From contig CAXXVO010000007.1 in the NCBI GenBank assembly GCA_963422645.2, forward strand, positions 96,001 through 160,000: a DNA stretch of 64,000 nt, read 5' to 3'. Below the pieces are notes generated by a model, which did no database searches, had not been told where the DNA came from, and worked only from the letters and a program-made list of their open reading frames with translations. This document shows positions 8,608 to 18,111 of this stretch, one piece after another; the stretch's first letter is position 1, and the number at the start of each line of letters is the position of its first letter. The translations under genes were made by a program, and so were the position numbers. The stretch comes from Alphaproteobacteria bacterium (lineage in GTDB: Bacteria; Pseudomonadota; Alphaproteobacteria; UBA828).

Positions 8608-9129
8608 ATGTCCGGCGCGGGGGTGCGTGTCGACGTGGAGTACGACGACCGCGAGGTGCGCGCGGCGCTGGTGCGCCTGATCGCGCGCATGGACGACCCG
8701 CGCCCGGTCATGGACGGGATCGGGCAGAAGCTGGTCACGAGCGTCATCCACCGCTTCGAGAACGTGTCCGCGCCGGACGGGACGCCGTGGAAGAAGAGCA
8801 GTCGTGCGGAGGCCGAGGGCGGACAGACGCTGACGGACACGGGCCGTCTGCGGGCCAGCATCACGCACCGGGCGTCCCGCGACGAGGTGCTGGTCGGCAC
8901 CAATGTCGTCTATGCCGCGATCCACCAGTTCGGCGGACGCACGCCGGCGCGCACGATCCGGCCGCTGGGGAAGAAGGCGCTGTTCTGGCCGGGGGCTGCG
9001 CATCCGGTGAAGAAGGTCGAGCACCCGGGGTCGACGGTCACGGCGCGGCCCTTCCTGGGCGTGAACGGGGGCGACCGCGACGCGATCCTGCGGCTGCTCG
9101 GGCGCCACCTGGCGGGGGCGGTGTCGTGA
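8608..9129 (+). CDS. Phage virion morphogenesis protein (Mu gpG-like)
   Basis: PDGTPW, LTDTGRLRASI, VGTNVVYAAIHQFGG, ARPFLG. Confidence 0.9.
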   Translation: MSGAGVRVDVEYDDREVRAALVRLIARMDDPRPVMDGIGQKLVTSVIHRFENVSAPDGTPWKKSSRAEAEGGQTLTDTGRLRASITHRASRDEVLVGTNVVYAAIHQFGGRTPARTIRPLGKKALFWPGAAHPVKKVEHPGSTVTARPFLGVNGGDRDAILRLLGRHLAGAVS

Positions 9130-9301
9130 GCGCTGCGGTGCTCGATATGGATTTCCCGGCCGCCGACGCGGCCGTGGCGCGGTTGCGCGCGCTGTTCACG
9201 CGGAAGGGGCGCGAGGGCCGCGACCTGCCGGAGTGGGCCGACGAATACGTGGCCGCGACCGGCGGCCTGCGCGACGTGCTGGGCCTGCTGGACTGGCCCG
9301 G
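9126..9301 (+). pseudogene. Truncated phage structural gene (gp37 position) cut by transposon insertion
   Basis: GTG 9126 is coupled to the gpG stop; the frame is interrupted at 9302 by the transposon end TGAGCG. Confidence 0.55.
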
Positions 9302-9400
9302 TGAGCGTGCGCCCAGCATTTGATGGTGCGGTTTTCGGATTATTTGATGTTCGTGATGCGGCGCTTGGTTGATCTGCGAGAGCGGTGAGTGGCCTGGCTT

Positions 9401-10270
9401 TCATCGAGACCGCAGGAGCATCTCGTTCCAGTCCTTGGCGTGTCGTGGGCGCAACCTTTTCACCCTTGGATCGTTGAGCACGAGATGCTCGGCGGCAGTG
9501 TCGCCGGCGCTGTCTGCGTCGTAGGCACAGACGATGCGACGTGGCTTCCACTCCTTGATCCAGGGCGGGACCGAGCTGGCGATGCCGGCGGTTGAGGCGA
9601 CGACGGCGCCGTTCTCGCGCGTCCCCTCGACGCGCAGGCTTCGTGCAGAGATGGCGTCGACGGCGCTCTCGGTGAGGATGACGAGGGCGGGCTGGTTTCG
9701 GTCGCAGTGGAGCCAGAAGCCGCCACGCGCCTTGCGCGATCCCGGGGCCATGCCCCTGAAGCGTTTTGTTCCGGGCTGCGGCGCGGTGCCGAGGATCTCG
9801 GCGCCGGTCGTGTGCCCGCTGGCGTTTCGGCAGATGAAGACGGCGTTGATCCTGTCATCGGCGTAGAGGAGGCCTCGGCCGTGGCAGGCTTCGAGCACGT
9901 CGGTGCCGATAGCGCGTTGGCGGATGAGGGCGTCCCGGACCCTGGGCCAGGCGCGGGGACTGGGCCTTGGCAGCCGCAGGCGTCGCGGGGCGGCTGGGAT
10001 GGTGGTGATCTCCCTCCGCCCCTCATGGCTTCCGAGGAAGCGGAGGGCTTCCGGGAAGCGGCATCCCGTCGCATGGATGACGAGGTCGATGGCGCCACCC
10101 CCTCCCGTGCCGCGCAGGTGATCGAAGAACTTCTCGCCGTTGATGCTGATGACCGAGCCCCCGCGCTTGAAGCGCGCCCGGTCGGTCGGGTCTCTGCGGT
10201 AGCCGAGGGCGGCGGCGACCCGGTCGAGGGGGATGTTGCGGCAGGTGGCCAGGGGATCGCCGCCGCTCAT
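9401..10270 (-). CDS. DUF3991/Toprim primase-like protein (copy)
   Basis: Same as 43809-44678 except one residue; ILTESAVDAIS and CAYDADSAG Toprim motifs. Confidence 0.8.
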   Translation of the reverse strand: MSGGDPLATCRNIPLDRVAAALGYRRDPTDRARFKRGGSVISINGEKFFDHLRGTGGGGAIDLVIHATGCRFPEALRFLGSHEGRREITTIPAAPRRLRLPRPSPRAWPRVRDALIRQRAIGTDVLEACHGRGLLYADDRINAVFICRNASGHTTGAEILGTAPQPGTKRFRGMAPGSRKARGGFWLHCDRNQPALVILTESAVDAISARSLRVEGTRENGAVVASTAGIASSVPPWIKEWKPRRIVCAYDADSAGDTAAEHLVLNDPRVKRLRPRHAKDWNEMLLRSR

Positions 10271-10372
10271 TGCCGGGTCCCGGCGAAGGTCTGCTTGGAA
10301 GGGAGGCTGACGGCGTTCCCGTTCCTGTACCCTTCAACGCTTAAGAGTTCCGGGAACGGGAACGGGAACGCC

Positions 10373-11371
10373 TCATCCCGCACTTCCGTTGATGGCGGCA
10401 GGGGATTGCGGCTCCCGGTGCGCCTCGGCGGCTGCGAGGCGATAGCCACCCCTGGGCGCCCGTTCGATGCGCCCCTCCCTGGTGAGGCTCTCGATGGCGG
10501 CAACGACGGTGGCGTTGCGGGCAGCGGCGCGTGAGCGGATCTGGGCTTTCGAGAGCGGCTTTTCGGCCTGCTCGATCGCCTTGAAGACGCGCTGCTCGAC
10601 GGTGGCGGGCTCGTGCCTGTCTTCATCTGCCGCGTCCTGGTGCAGACGGAAGGCCGGCCCATGTCCGCCGTCGACGAGTTCCAGCTCGATGTCGTTGAGG
10701 CCCCGGGCGTCGCGCTGCTCGACCGTCATGACGATCTTCTTGTCGCGCCGGCGCAGGTACAGATTTGAGTCACCCCAAGCGTGCAGCTCGCTGCTCCCGC
10801 GCAGGGCCTGCCCCGGCCGGGTGCCGCCGCTCTTGCGGGCGTGGTGGACGAGGAGGACGGCGGTTTCGAAGCGGCGCTGCAGTTCGCGCAGGAAGCCGAG
10901 GATGGGGGCGATCTCTGCGACGGCGTTCTCGTCGACGCTGTGCAGGCGGACCAGGGGATCGAGGATCAGGAGGCGCGGTTCGATGCGCTCCACGGTCTGC
11001 TGCAGGCGTTGACGGTCGCCGGGCCGGTCGAGACGCAGGGTGGGCACGTCGATGACGGCGATGTCGAGTTCGTCGAAGGGGGTGGCGGCGGCGCGGGCGA
11101 TCCCCTGCAGACGCTTGCGCACCCTGTGGCCGGCGTCCTCGGCGGCGAAGAGCAGCACGGTGCCGCTTGCGCTGGGGCGGTAGTGGCGCAGGCATGGGAC
11201 GCCGGTGGCCACGGCGACGGCGAGATCGAGCGCGAGCAGGGATTTGCCGCACTTGGGCTCGCCGCCGACGATGCCCACGGCCTGCTCGGCCCACAGCGTG
11301 TCCACCATCCACTGTTGCGCCCGGGGGCGATCCTCGAGCTGCATCGGCGCCCGTGTCGGGAAGCCCTTCAC
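10373..11371 (-). CDS. AAA_25/RepA-like helicase ATPase (copy)
   Basis: GEPKCGKS, LLILDPL, LVHHARK, LRGSS. Confidence 0.8.
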   Translation of the reverse strand: MKGFPTRAPMQLEDRPRAQQWMVDTLWAEQAVGIVGGEPKCGKSLLALDLAVAVATGVPCLRHYRPSASGTVLLFAAEDAGHRVRKRLQGIARAAATPFDELDIAVIDVPTLRLDRPGDRQRLQQTVERIEPRLLILDPLVRLHSVDENAVAEIAPILGFLRELQRRFETAVLLVHHARKSGGTRPGQALRGSSELHAWGDSNLYLRRRDKKIVMTVEQRDARGLNDIELELVDGGHGPAFRLHQDAADEDRHEPATVEQRVFKAIEQAEKPLSKAQIRSRAAARNATVVAAIESLTREGRIERAPRGGYRLAAAEAHREPQSPAAINGSAG

Positions 11372-11668
11372 CGCCGTGCCCTCTTCGGCTTGGCGGGCTC
11401 GCCCAGGATCTCCATGAAGAGCTTCTCGTCGAGAACCTCGCGGTTCTTCTCGGCGCCGGCGGCGAGCAGCATGTCGCCCATGACGGTAAGCGCCCTGGGG
11501 TTGCCGCCGGCGTGGGTGACCAGGGTGTCCTTGAGCTCTGCGCTCATGAGGCCCGGATTGCCGGCCTGCTCGACCAGATGGTCGAGCAGGGCCGCGAGGT
11601 CGCCGGCGTCTGCCTGGGTCATGACCAGGCGCTGGCGCAGGCGCGAGGCGATGGGCTGCAAGTCGGGC
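11368..11668 (-). pseudogene. 3' fragment of ExeA-type ATPase
   Basis: Matches the last ~100 codons of 41878-42711; the 5' part is replaced by the Mu end. Confidence 0.9.
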
Positions 11669-11669
11669 C

Positions 11670-11742
11670 ATTCGCAAAGACTTCCGGCCGCGATTCGCAA
11701 AGACTTTCGGCCGCGATTCGCAAAGACTTTCGGCCGGCTACA
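11670..11742 (+). repeat. Mu-like right end: three 23-bp-period transposase-binding repeats plus terminal CA
   Basis: ATTCGCAAAGACTT(C/T)CGGCCG at 11670, 11693 and 11716, then GCTACA. Confidence 0.85.
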
Positions 11743-12204
11743 GACCATCCCGGCCAGTCGGGTTGCAGGCCACCGGAGGAGCGCCAGCGCTCACCCGGCG
11801 ACTGGGAGGCCCAGACGGGCCAGCGCCCCGTCGCCGTGCACCAGCTGGAGCATCTGCAGCCGACCGACCGGGGCGTGAGCCTGTTTCGCCGCCTCTTGCG
11901 AAAGGGCATCCGCGCGGTCCAGGAAGGCGACGGGAGCGCCGACATCAAGAACGATCCGCCGCGCAGGCCGGACGGCACGATCCCCGGTTTCCAGTTCGAC
12001 ACCGTGCTGCACGTTCTGCCCGTGTCGGGGCGCGACGACAGTGAACTCATGGACGAGGTGTCGAGGAAAGTAACCGACGCCGTCTGCGACCCGGACTATC
12101 TCCTGCACCCGGAGCGCGACAGACTCATTCAGGAGAAGCATTTCGAGATCGAAGCCACCTATGCCGCGGCGCGCGCAGTCGAAACCGACGCGAACCCCGG
12201 CTAG
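11743..12204 (+). pseudogene. 3' fragment of a Rieske oxygenase paralogue disrupted by the prophage
   Basis: DHPGQSGCRPPEERQRSPGDWEAQTGQRP... parallels the C-terminus of 12294-13697 and starts exactly at the Mu end. Confidence 0.85.
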
Positions 12205-12293
12205 GTGACGCGGCGAATACGGCGCATCGTCGGCGAGAACGCGGGCGAAGAACGACGAGGCGTCACGGCACGCATGAGACTGTGGAGGGCACC

Positions 12294-13697
12294 ATGGCAG
12301 CCAGTTCCGAGCGAGCATCGTCCCGGCAAGCCGAGCACTTCGCCGGATACCAAAAACGGCACGTTCCGGAGCCGGAGATCGAGTTGACGCGGGTCGGCCC
12401 GGGCACCCCGGGCGGCGAGTTCCTGCGGCGTTTCTGGCACCCCGTCGCCATGGCCTCGGAGGTGAAGGACCTGCCCGTCCCGATCCGCATCCTCGGCGAG
12501 GACCTGGTTCTGTTTCGCAATTTGAATGGTGAACTCGGATTGTTGCACCGTCATTGCAGTCACCGCGGCACCTCGCTCGAATATGGCAGGCTGACCGAGC
12601 AAGGCGTGCAATGCTGCTATCACGGCTGGCACTTCGCCTCCGATGGCACGATTCTGGAGACGCCGGGACTGCCCGAGAGCAACAAGATCAAACATACGTT
12701 GCGCCACGGCGCTTACCCGGTGCGCGAATACCGCGAGCTGATCTTCGCCTATATGGGCCCGCCGGCCGAAATGCCGGAGTTTCCGCGTCTCGAGATCTAC
12801 GAATATCCCGACACGGACTATGCAGCCCACTGCTTCCACTTCTCTTGCAATTGGCTCCAGGTGCACGAGAATTGCTGCGATCCGTTTCACGCGACATGGC
12901 TGCACGCGCGTCACAGCGGCACCCAATTCGCCGCCGCATGGGCCGCTTGGCCGGTACTCAGATGGCGCGAGACGCCAAACGGCATGATCACCGAGACCAC
13001 GCGCCGCAACGGCGACAAATTGTGGTTTGATTCGGTGGATGTGGTGATGCCGAACCTGCGCTGCACCGGCGATCTGTGGGAGGACGCAACCCAGATCAAG
13101 GCGTTCCGCCGAACAGCGCTGACGCTCTACGCGGTGCCGATCGACGACACCAACACGCTGTTCATCGGCCTGCGGCTGTTCAACAAGTCGACAGATCAGT
13201 ACGGCAACGGCCAGAAGGAGCTCTGTGGCAGGGAGACCGCCGACTACCCCGGCCAGTCGGGTCTGAGGCCGCACGAGGAGCGCCAGCGCGAGCCCGGCGA
13301 CTGGGAGGCCAACACGGGCCAGCGACCCATTGCCGTGCACCAGCTGGAGCATCTGCAGCCGACCGATCGCGGCGTGAGCATGTTTCGCCGCATGCTGCGC
13401 AAGGGCATTCGCGCGATCCAGGAGGGCGATCGGCGCGTGGACATCAAAAACAATCCGCCGCGCAAGCCGGACGGCACGATCCCCAACTTCCAGTTTGACA
13501 CCGTATTGCGCATTCCGCCGGTGCCCGGACGCGACGACGAAGAGTTTATGGCGGAGGTGTCCGCGCAGGTGACGGGCGCGGTGTGCGAGCCGGACTACCT
13601 CTTGAGCCCGGATCGCGATCGCTTGATCGAAGAGCGGCACTTCGAGATAGAGGCGCAATACGACAAGAGGCCACAGGCCAAGGCCTCCGCCGGTTGA
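12294..13697 (+). CDS. Rieske non-heme iron aromatic oxygenase alpha subunit (phthalate dioxygenase/LigX-like)
   Basis: CSH...CCYH Rieske ligands; ENCCDPFHATWLH mononuclear Fe motif; TRVGPGTPGGEFLRRFWHPV; GGAGG RBS. Confidence 0.9.
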   Translation: MAASSERASSRQAEHFAGYQKRHVPEPEIELTRVGPGTPGGEFLRRFWHPVAMASEVKDLPVPIRILGEDLVLFRNLNGELGLLHRHCSHRGTSLEYGRLTEQGVQCCYHGWHFASDGTILETPGLPESNKIKHTLRHGAYPVREYRELIFAYMGPPAEMPEFPRLEIYEYPDTDYAAHCFHFSCNWLQVHENCCDPFHATWLHARHSGTQFAAAWAAWPVLRWRETPNGMITETTRRNGDKLWFDSVDVVMPNLRCTGDLWEDATQIKAFRRTALTLYAVPIDDTNTLFIGLRLFNKSTDQYGNGQKELCGRETADYPGQSGLRPHEERQREPGDWEANTGQRPIAVHQLEHLQPTDRGVSMFRRMLRKGIRAIQEGDRRVDIKNNPPRKPDGTIPNFQFDTVLRIPPVPGRDDEEFMAEVSAQVTGAVCEPDYLLSPDRDRLIEERHFEIEAQYDKRPQAKASAG

Positions 13698-14159
13698 ATG
13701 CACCCCACGACAATTGGTGCAGCCTTCGGGCCGATCGTCCGCGAATTGGTCGAGGAGGAGCACTTAATTGGTATGGATGCGGATGCGTCCCCCATTTGCG
13801 ACCCTGTTCAAAACTCGATTTCGCAACACGCGCAGGGACCGCACAGGACGATCCCGCCTGTCATCGCCCGCCCGCCGACGGGGCTGGACTTCTGCCGATC
13901 AGCGCTCGACAACGTCGCCGACCGTCGCGCACCCGTCGCTCCGGGGCGCAGATTGCGCAAGATTGTCCGGCCGCTCCGCGTGGGGCATTGTTGGGCGGCC
14001 GTCAACACAATGAGGCCGGGGCGCCTCGAGCCTGACATGCTACCGTGACGGTCTGATCGGTGCGCGGCGGCGCTTCCTGACGCCACTCAACCACGCGTGT
14101 GGAGGCGATCATAGCAGGACGCGACATCATCTCTCGCCTGAAGAAGGGCGACCGGTTCC

Positions 14160-14375
14160 GGTCAAGTCCGAGAAGTGCTGGATATTTGGGCTTGGCGTGC
14201 AGGAGTTGAGGCCTTTGTGCCGAGGCCGTTCTGGGCCTCGTATTCGTGGTCGAGCTCCTCTCTGACGGCGCGCATCTGACGACGCTCCAGCTCGCTGACC
14301 CTGATGGCGCGCCAGCGCTCGGCGGCGCGGATCATGGCGCCGAACATGAGCTTGAGCACGGCCTTCTCTCTCCGC
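14160..14375 (-). pseudogene. IS256-family transposase C-terminal remnant
   Basis: EKAVLKLMFGAMIRAAERWRAIRVSELERRQM...SSTSRT* resembles IS256 C-termini; the rest is absent. Boundary is approximate. Confidence 0.65.
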
Positions 14376-14399
14376 GCTGCGACGAGGCCGTACCGTCTT

Positions 14400-14678
14400 G
14401 CGCCGAGAACCCGCAAACGCTGGCGCCTGTCGGCCCCGGCCGCAGTGGTGCCGAAGGGAACGTTGTGGGCCTTGCAAAGATCGAGGATCTCCTCGGCCGG
14501 CCCGACGACGTCCGGGTGATCCCAGTCACCGGGCTGCCCCATCTCCACCGAGAAGTCGCCGGGACCGATATAGACCATGTCGACGCCGGGTGTGGTCACG
14601 ATCTCTGCCGCGTTCTCGTGCATATTCGGTAAGGATCCCGCCGACCAGAACATCCCCTGCCGCGAGGCGCGCCTTCAT
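14400..14678 (-). pseudogene. HpcH/HpaI aldolase remnant with internal deletion
   Basis: N-terminus MKARLAAGDVLVGG..TEYAR is joined out of frame to NAAEIVTTPGVDMVYIGPGDFSVEMG.PG..DHP. Confidence 0.65.
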
Positions 14679-14938
14679 GTGGCGCCCCGGCCCGCCCTCG
14701 GCAAAGGGCGAGACGACGGGGCTTTTCTCAGTGCCGGTGGGCAAGCGTGCCATTTGGTCTCCCTCCTCCAGGCGGCGCGCTCCGGCGGAACGTCAGATCG
14801 CCTTTCCGGATCGTCGTTCCGGATGGCCCAGCCCGCCGCAGCGGGCGCCCGCTCTGCATGAGCCGGTGCAAGCCGGCCTCCAAAGACCTTGGCCCGAATC
14901 TATCACGATTTTCGCAAACACATGTTATAATAACGGGA

Positions 14939-15989
14939 ACCGCTTATGCACATGGCTCCGGTCGCGAGAGTTTGCCACCAGATGTTGAGGTTGAGGTTAG
15001 GGCGGGAGAACGGGTAGAATGTTGCCTATACGTTCCTGCCGACGGAGCCACCACATGAAACAGGTCGCCGACAGCCTCCTCGCCTTCCAGCACATGTTCC
15101 CGGACGATGACGCCTGCGCCGCCTGGCTGATCGAAATGCGCTGGCCGGACGGCTTCGTCTGTCCCGCGTGCGGCCATGAAAAGGGATGGGCGCTGCGCAG
15201 AAAAGCACACACCTTCGAGTGCGCCGGCTGCCGCCGGCAGACCTCGGTGACGGCCGGGACGATCCTGCACGCCAGCAAGCTGCCGCTCACCGTCTGGTTC
15301 TGGGCCGCCTACCTGATGGCGACCCACTCCAACGGCATCTCTGCCCTGCAGCTCCAGAAACAGCTCGGTATCGGCTCTTACCGCAGCGCTTGGCTGCTCG
15401 CCCACAAGCTGCGCGCCAGCATGGTCGACCCCGAGCGCAACCCGTTGTCGGGCCTGGTGGAAATCGACGAGGCCAGCCTTCCATTCCGGACCAAAGACGA
15501 TCCTCCCACCGGAGGGCAAGGACGCAGCCACGACGGCAAGATGCTCATCGTCGGCGCCATCGAACTGGGGGATGGAACCATCCCGGGCCGCCTGCGGCTG
15601 GCCGAAATCTCCTCCTACGGCGCCGCCGACCTCGGACACTTCGTCGAAACCGCCGCCGATCCCGACGCCATCGCGAAAACCGACGGCTGGTCCGGCTACG
15701 CTGCGGTCCCCGCCGATCGCCACAATGTCCATGTCGTCGGGAAGACCGCCGCTCACCTCGTCCTGCCGTGGATCCACCAAGTCTTCTCCAACCTCAAAGG
15801 ATGGGCGCGAGGCGTCTACCACGGGCTGCGCCGCAAGCATCTGCAGGCCTATCTCGATGAGTTCGCCTTTCGCTTCAACCGCCGCAAAACCCGCCACGCT
15901 GCTTTCCGCTCGCTCTTCCGCATCGCCACCAATGCAAAACCCCTTACCTACAGCATGTTGATCGAACCGGAGCCATGTGCATAAGCGGT
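14939..15989 (+). mobile_element. IS1595-family insertion sequence, copy 2 (1051 bp)
   Basis: Same IRs as copy 1; 8-bp TSD TAACGGGA at 14931-14938 and 15990-15997; identical ORF translations. Confidence 0.95.
15019..15984 (+). CDS. IS1595 transposase (likely start at ATG 15055)
   Basis: Protein identical to 1807-2772. Confidence 0.95.
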   Translation: MLPIRSCRRSHHMKQVADSLLAFQHMFPDDDACAAWLIEMRWPDGFVCPACGHEKGWALRRKAHTFECAGCRRQTSVTAGTILHASKLPLTVWFWAAYLMATHSNGISALQLQKQLGIGSYRSAWLLAHKLRASMVDPERNPLSGLVEIDEASLPFRTKDDPPTGGQGRSHDGKMLIVGAIELGDGTIPGRLRLAEISSYGAADLGHFVETAADPDAIAKTDGWSGYAAVPADRHNVHVVGKTAAHLVLPWIHQVFSNLKGWARGVYHGLRRKHLQAYLDEFAFRFNRRKTRHAAFRSLFRIATNAKPLTYSMLIEPEPCA

Positions 15990-16319
15990 TAACGGGATAT
16001 ACTGTAGGCAAAGGCGCAAAAGGCACGATGCTCGCGCATTCGGTGGATTGCCGGACGGGTCTCTGACGACGATCTCTCGAACGTCCCGAGGGTCGAGGTC
16101 GAGGGTGCTGCAAATGAATCGGCGGCTTGCACCGTCCCGCGGGGCCGCTGAGGCCCATAGAGTCCCTTTGTTCTCCGTCGCTCACGCCCGGCCGACCGCT
16201 GCCGGGCACCTTTCGGGGACGACGGTTGCAACGCGCGGCGCAAAGGGCTTAAGTCAGGGTCGGAAGGGCGCCGGCCGCGTTGCCGCCGCCCAGCGCGCTG
16301 CAGGAGGGGAGAGCCGAGA

Positions 16320-17060
16320 GTGAGTCTGCTCGAACTCCAGAGCATCACGAAGAGCTTCGGTGCGATTCAGGCCCTGCAGGACGTCGATTTGACCGTCTCC
16401 GCGGGCGAGGCGGTCGGGCTCATGGGCGACAACGGCGCGGGCAAGTCGACGCTGATGAAGATCGTTGCCGGCAACTACCCGCCGACGGCGGGTTCGATCC
16501 GGATCGAAGGACAAGAAGTCCATTTCCACAAGCCGATCGATGCACGCGAGAACGGGATCGAGATCGTCTATCAGGACCTCGCGCTCTGCGACAACCTCAC
16601 AGCCGCTGCGAATGTGTTCCTGGGTCGCGAGCGGAAGAAGCGGTTCGGACCCTTCCGCTATCTCGACCACCAGGCCATGTTCCGGCGCGCGGGCCAGCTG
16701 TTCACCGAACTCAAGTCCGAGACCCGGCCGCGGGACCTCGTGCGCCAGATGTCGGGCGGGCAGCGCCAGGCGGTTGCGATCGCGCGCACCCGCCTCTCGG
16801 ACCCCAAACTCGTGCTGATGGATGAGCCGACGGCGGCGATATCGGTACGTCAGGTCGCGGAAGTCCTGGCGCTGATCGAACGCCTGAAGGAAACCAGCCA
16901 CGCCGTTGTCCTCGTCTCGCACAGAATGCCGGACGTGTTTGCGGTGTGCGACCGGGTCGCCGTGTTGCGGCGCGGCAGGAAGGTCTCGGACAAGGCGATT
17001 GTGGACACGAGCCCCGAAGAGGTGACGGGCCTGATTACGGGGGCGATCGAGACGGCATGA
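16320..17060 (+). CDS. Sugar ABC transporter ATP-binding protein
   Basis: GDNGAGKS, MSGGQRQ, VLMDEPT. Confidence 0.92.
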   Translation: MSLLELQSITKSFGAIQALQDVDLTVSAGEAVGLMGDNGAGKSTLMKIVAGNYPPTAGSIRIEGQEVHFHKPIDARENGIEIVYQDLALCDNLTAAANVFLGRERKKRFGPFRYLDHQAMFRRAGQLFTELKSETRPRDLVRQMSGGQRQAVAIARTRLSDPKLVLMDEPTAAISVRQVAEVLALIERLKETSHAVVLVSHRMPDVFAVCDRVAVLRRGRKVSDKAIVDTSPEEVTGLITGAIETA

Positions 17061-18073
17061 CCGAGAAGGGCCGGACATCCTACGCCGAGATCGACGAGAG
17101 CGTCACGCAACGGCAGGAGCTTTCCGGCCTTCAGGCCGCCTTCCGCACGCAGCCATTCTGGGTACTCGTCTCCATCGCCGTGATTGTCGTGGCCATGTCC
17201 TTCGTCTCGGACGTGTTCCTGACCGATCGCAATTTGTTCAATATCACCCGCAACTTTGCCTTTTTCGGGATCATGGCGCTCGGCATGTCCGCGGTGATCT
17301 GCACGGCGGGCATCGATCTGTCGGTCGGCTCCCTGATGGGGCTTACAGGCATCGTCGCCGGCCTGGTGATGCAGGCGGGTTACAGTATCGGCTTGGGTTT
17401 CGTGGCCTGCATGGGCGCGGCGGCGCTCGTCGGCCTCGTGAACGGTGTGCTCATCGCCTATCTGCGATTAGCGCCCTTCGTCGTGACCCTGGGCATGCTG
17501 GCGATGGCGCGGTCGATCGCCATGGTCGTCTCCAACAACAAGATGATCTACAATTTCGGCCCCGATCAGGACCTGTTCGAGTGGATCGGCGGCGAGAGCG
17601 TCTTCGGCGTGCCGAATCCGGTCTGGGTGTTGATTTTCCTGACGATCATCTTCGCGTGGGTCTGGCGCTTTTCGACCTGGGGCCGCTGGGTGATCGCCAT
17701 CGGCGGCAACGCGCAGGCCGCGAAGCTGTCGGGCATTCCCGTGGAGCGCGTCACGGTCTCCGTCTACGTGGTCAGCTCGCTCTGCGCGGGCCTTGCGGCC
17801 TTCCTCATGGTCGGCTGGTTCGGCTCGGTGACGAACGCCCTCGGCTTGACCTACGAGCTCAACGTGATCGCCGCATCGGTCATCGGCGGCGCCAACCTCA
17901 TGGGCGGGGTCGTCTTTGCCATCGGCGCGCCGATCGGGGCGGGGCTGATGGAGCTCATCCGAAACTCACTGCTCCTTGCAGGCATCGACGCTCTGTGGCA
18001 ACAGTTCTTTGTCGGCCTGTTTTTGATCCTGGCCGTTCTTCTGGAGCAAATCCGAAACCGGAGGCGGAACTGA
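17057..18073 (+). CDS. Sugar ABC transporter permease (RbsC family)
   Basis: GIDLSVGS, PFVVTLGML, AIGGNAQAAKLSGI, YELNVIAASVIGG. Confidence 0.92.
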   Translation: MTEKGRTSYAEIDESVTQRQELSGLQAAFRTQPFWVLVSIAVIVVAMSFVSDVFLTDRNLFNITRNFAFFGIMALGMSAVICTAGIDLSVGSLMGLTGIVAGLVMQAGYSIGLGFVACMGAAALVGLVNGVLIAYLRLAPFVVTLGMLAMARSIAMVVSNNKMIYNFGPDQDLFEWIGGESVFGVPNPVWVLIFLTIIFAWVWRFSTWGRWVIAIGGNAQAAKLSGIPVERVTVSVYVVSSLCAGLAAFLMVGWFGSVTNALGLTYELNVIAASVIGGANLMGGVVFAIGAPIGAGLMELIRNSLLLAGIDALWQQFFVGLFLILAVLLEQIRNRRRN

Positions 18074-18111
18074 CGCCGCCTTCACAATCTCGACCTGATG
18101 GGAGACAACTC

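Larger units (their letters stand above)
9302..11668 (-). mobile_element. Truncated inverted copy of the 39589-44777 primase-helicase transposon
   Basis: Reverse complement of 42411-44777 (coordinates sum to 54079); translations are nearly identical; lacks orf1, transposase and the exeA 5' end. Confidence 0.95.
1..11742 (+). mobile_element. Decayed Mu-like (transposable) prophage, right part; left part lies outside the window
   Basis: Repressor, Dam methylase, Mu gpI-like protease, capsid, gp36- and gpG-like genes. Terminus 11670-11742 matches the right end of the TSD-bounded element at 47437-54332 (...CGGCCGGCTACA). Confidence 0.85.

Noticed and set aside
11670-11742. Short direct repeats as a mini CRISPR array
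   Set aside because: Only 2 bp separate the repeats, there are no unique spacers or cas genes, and the motif sits at TSD-defined element termini.
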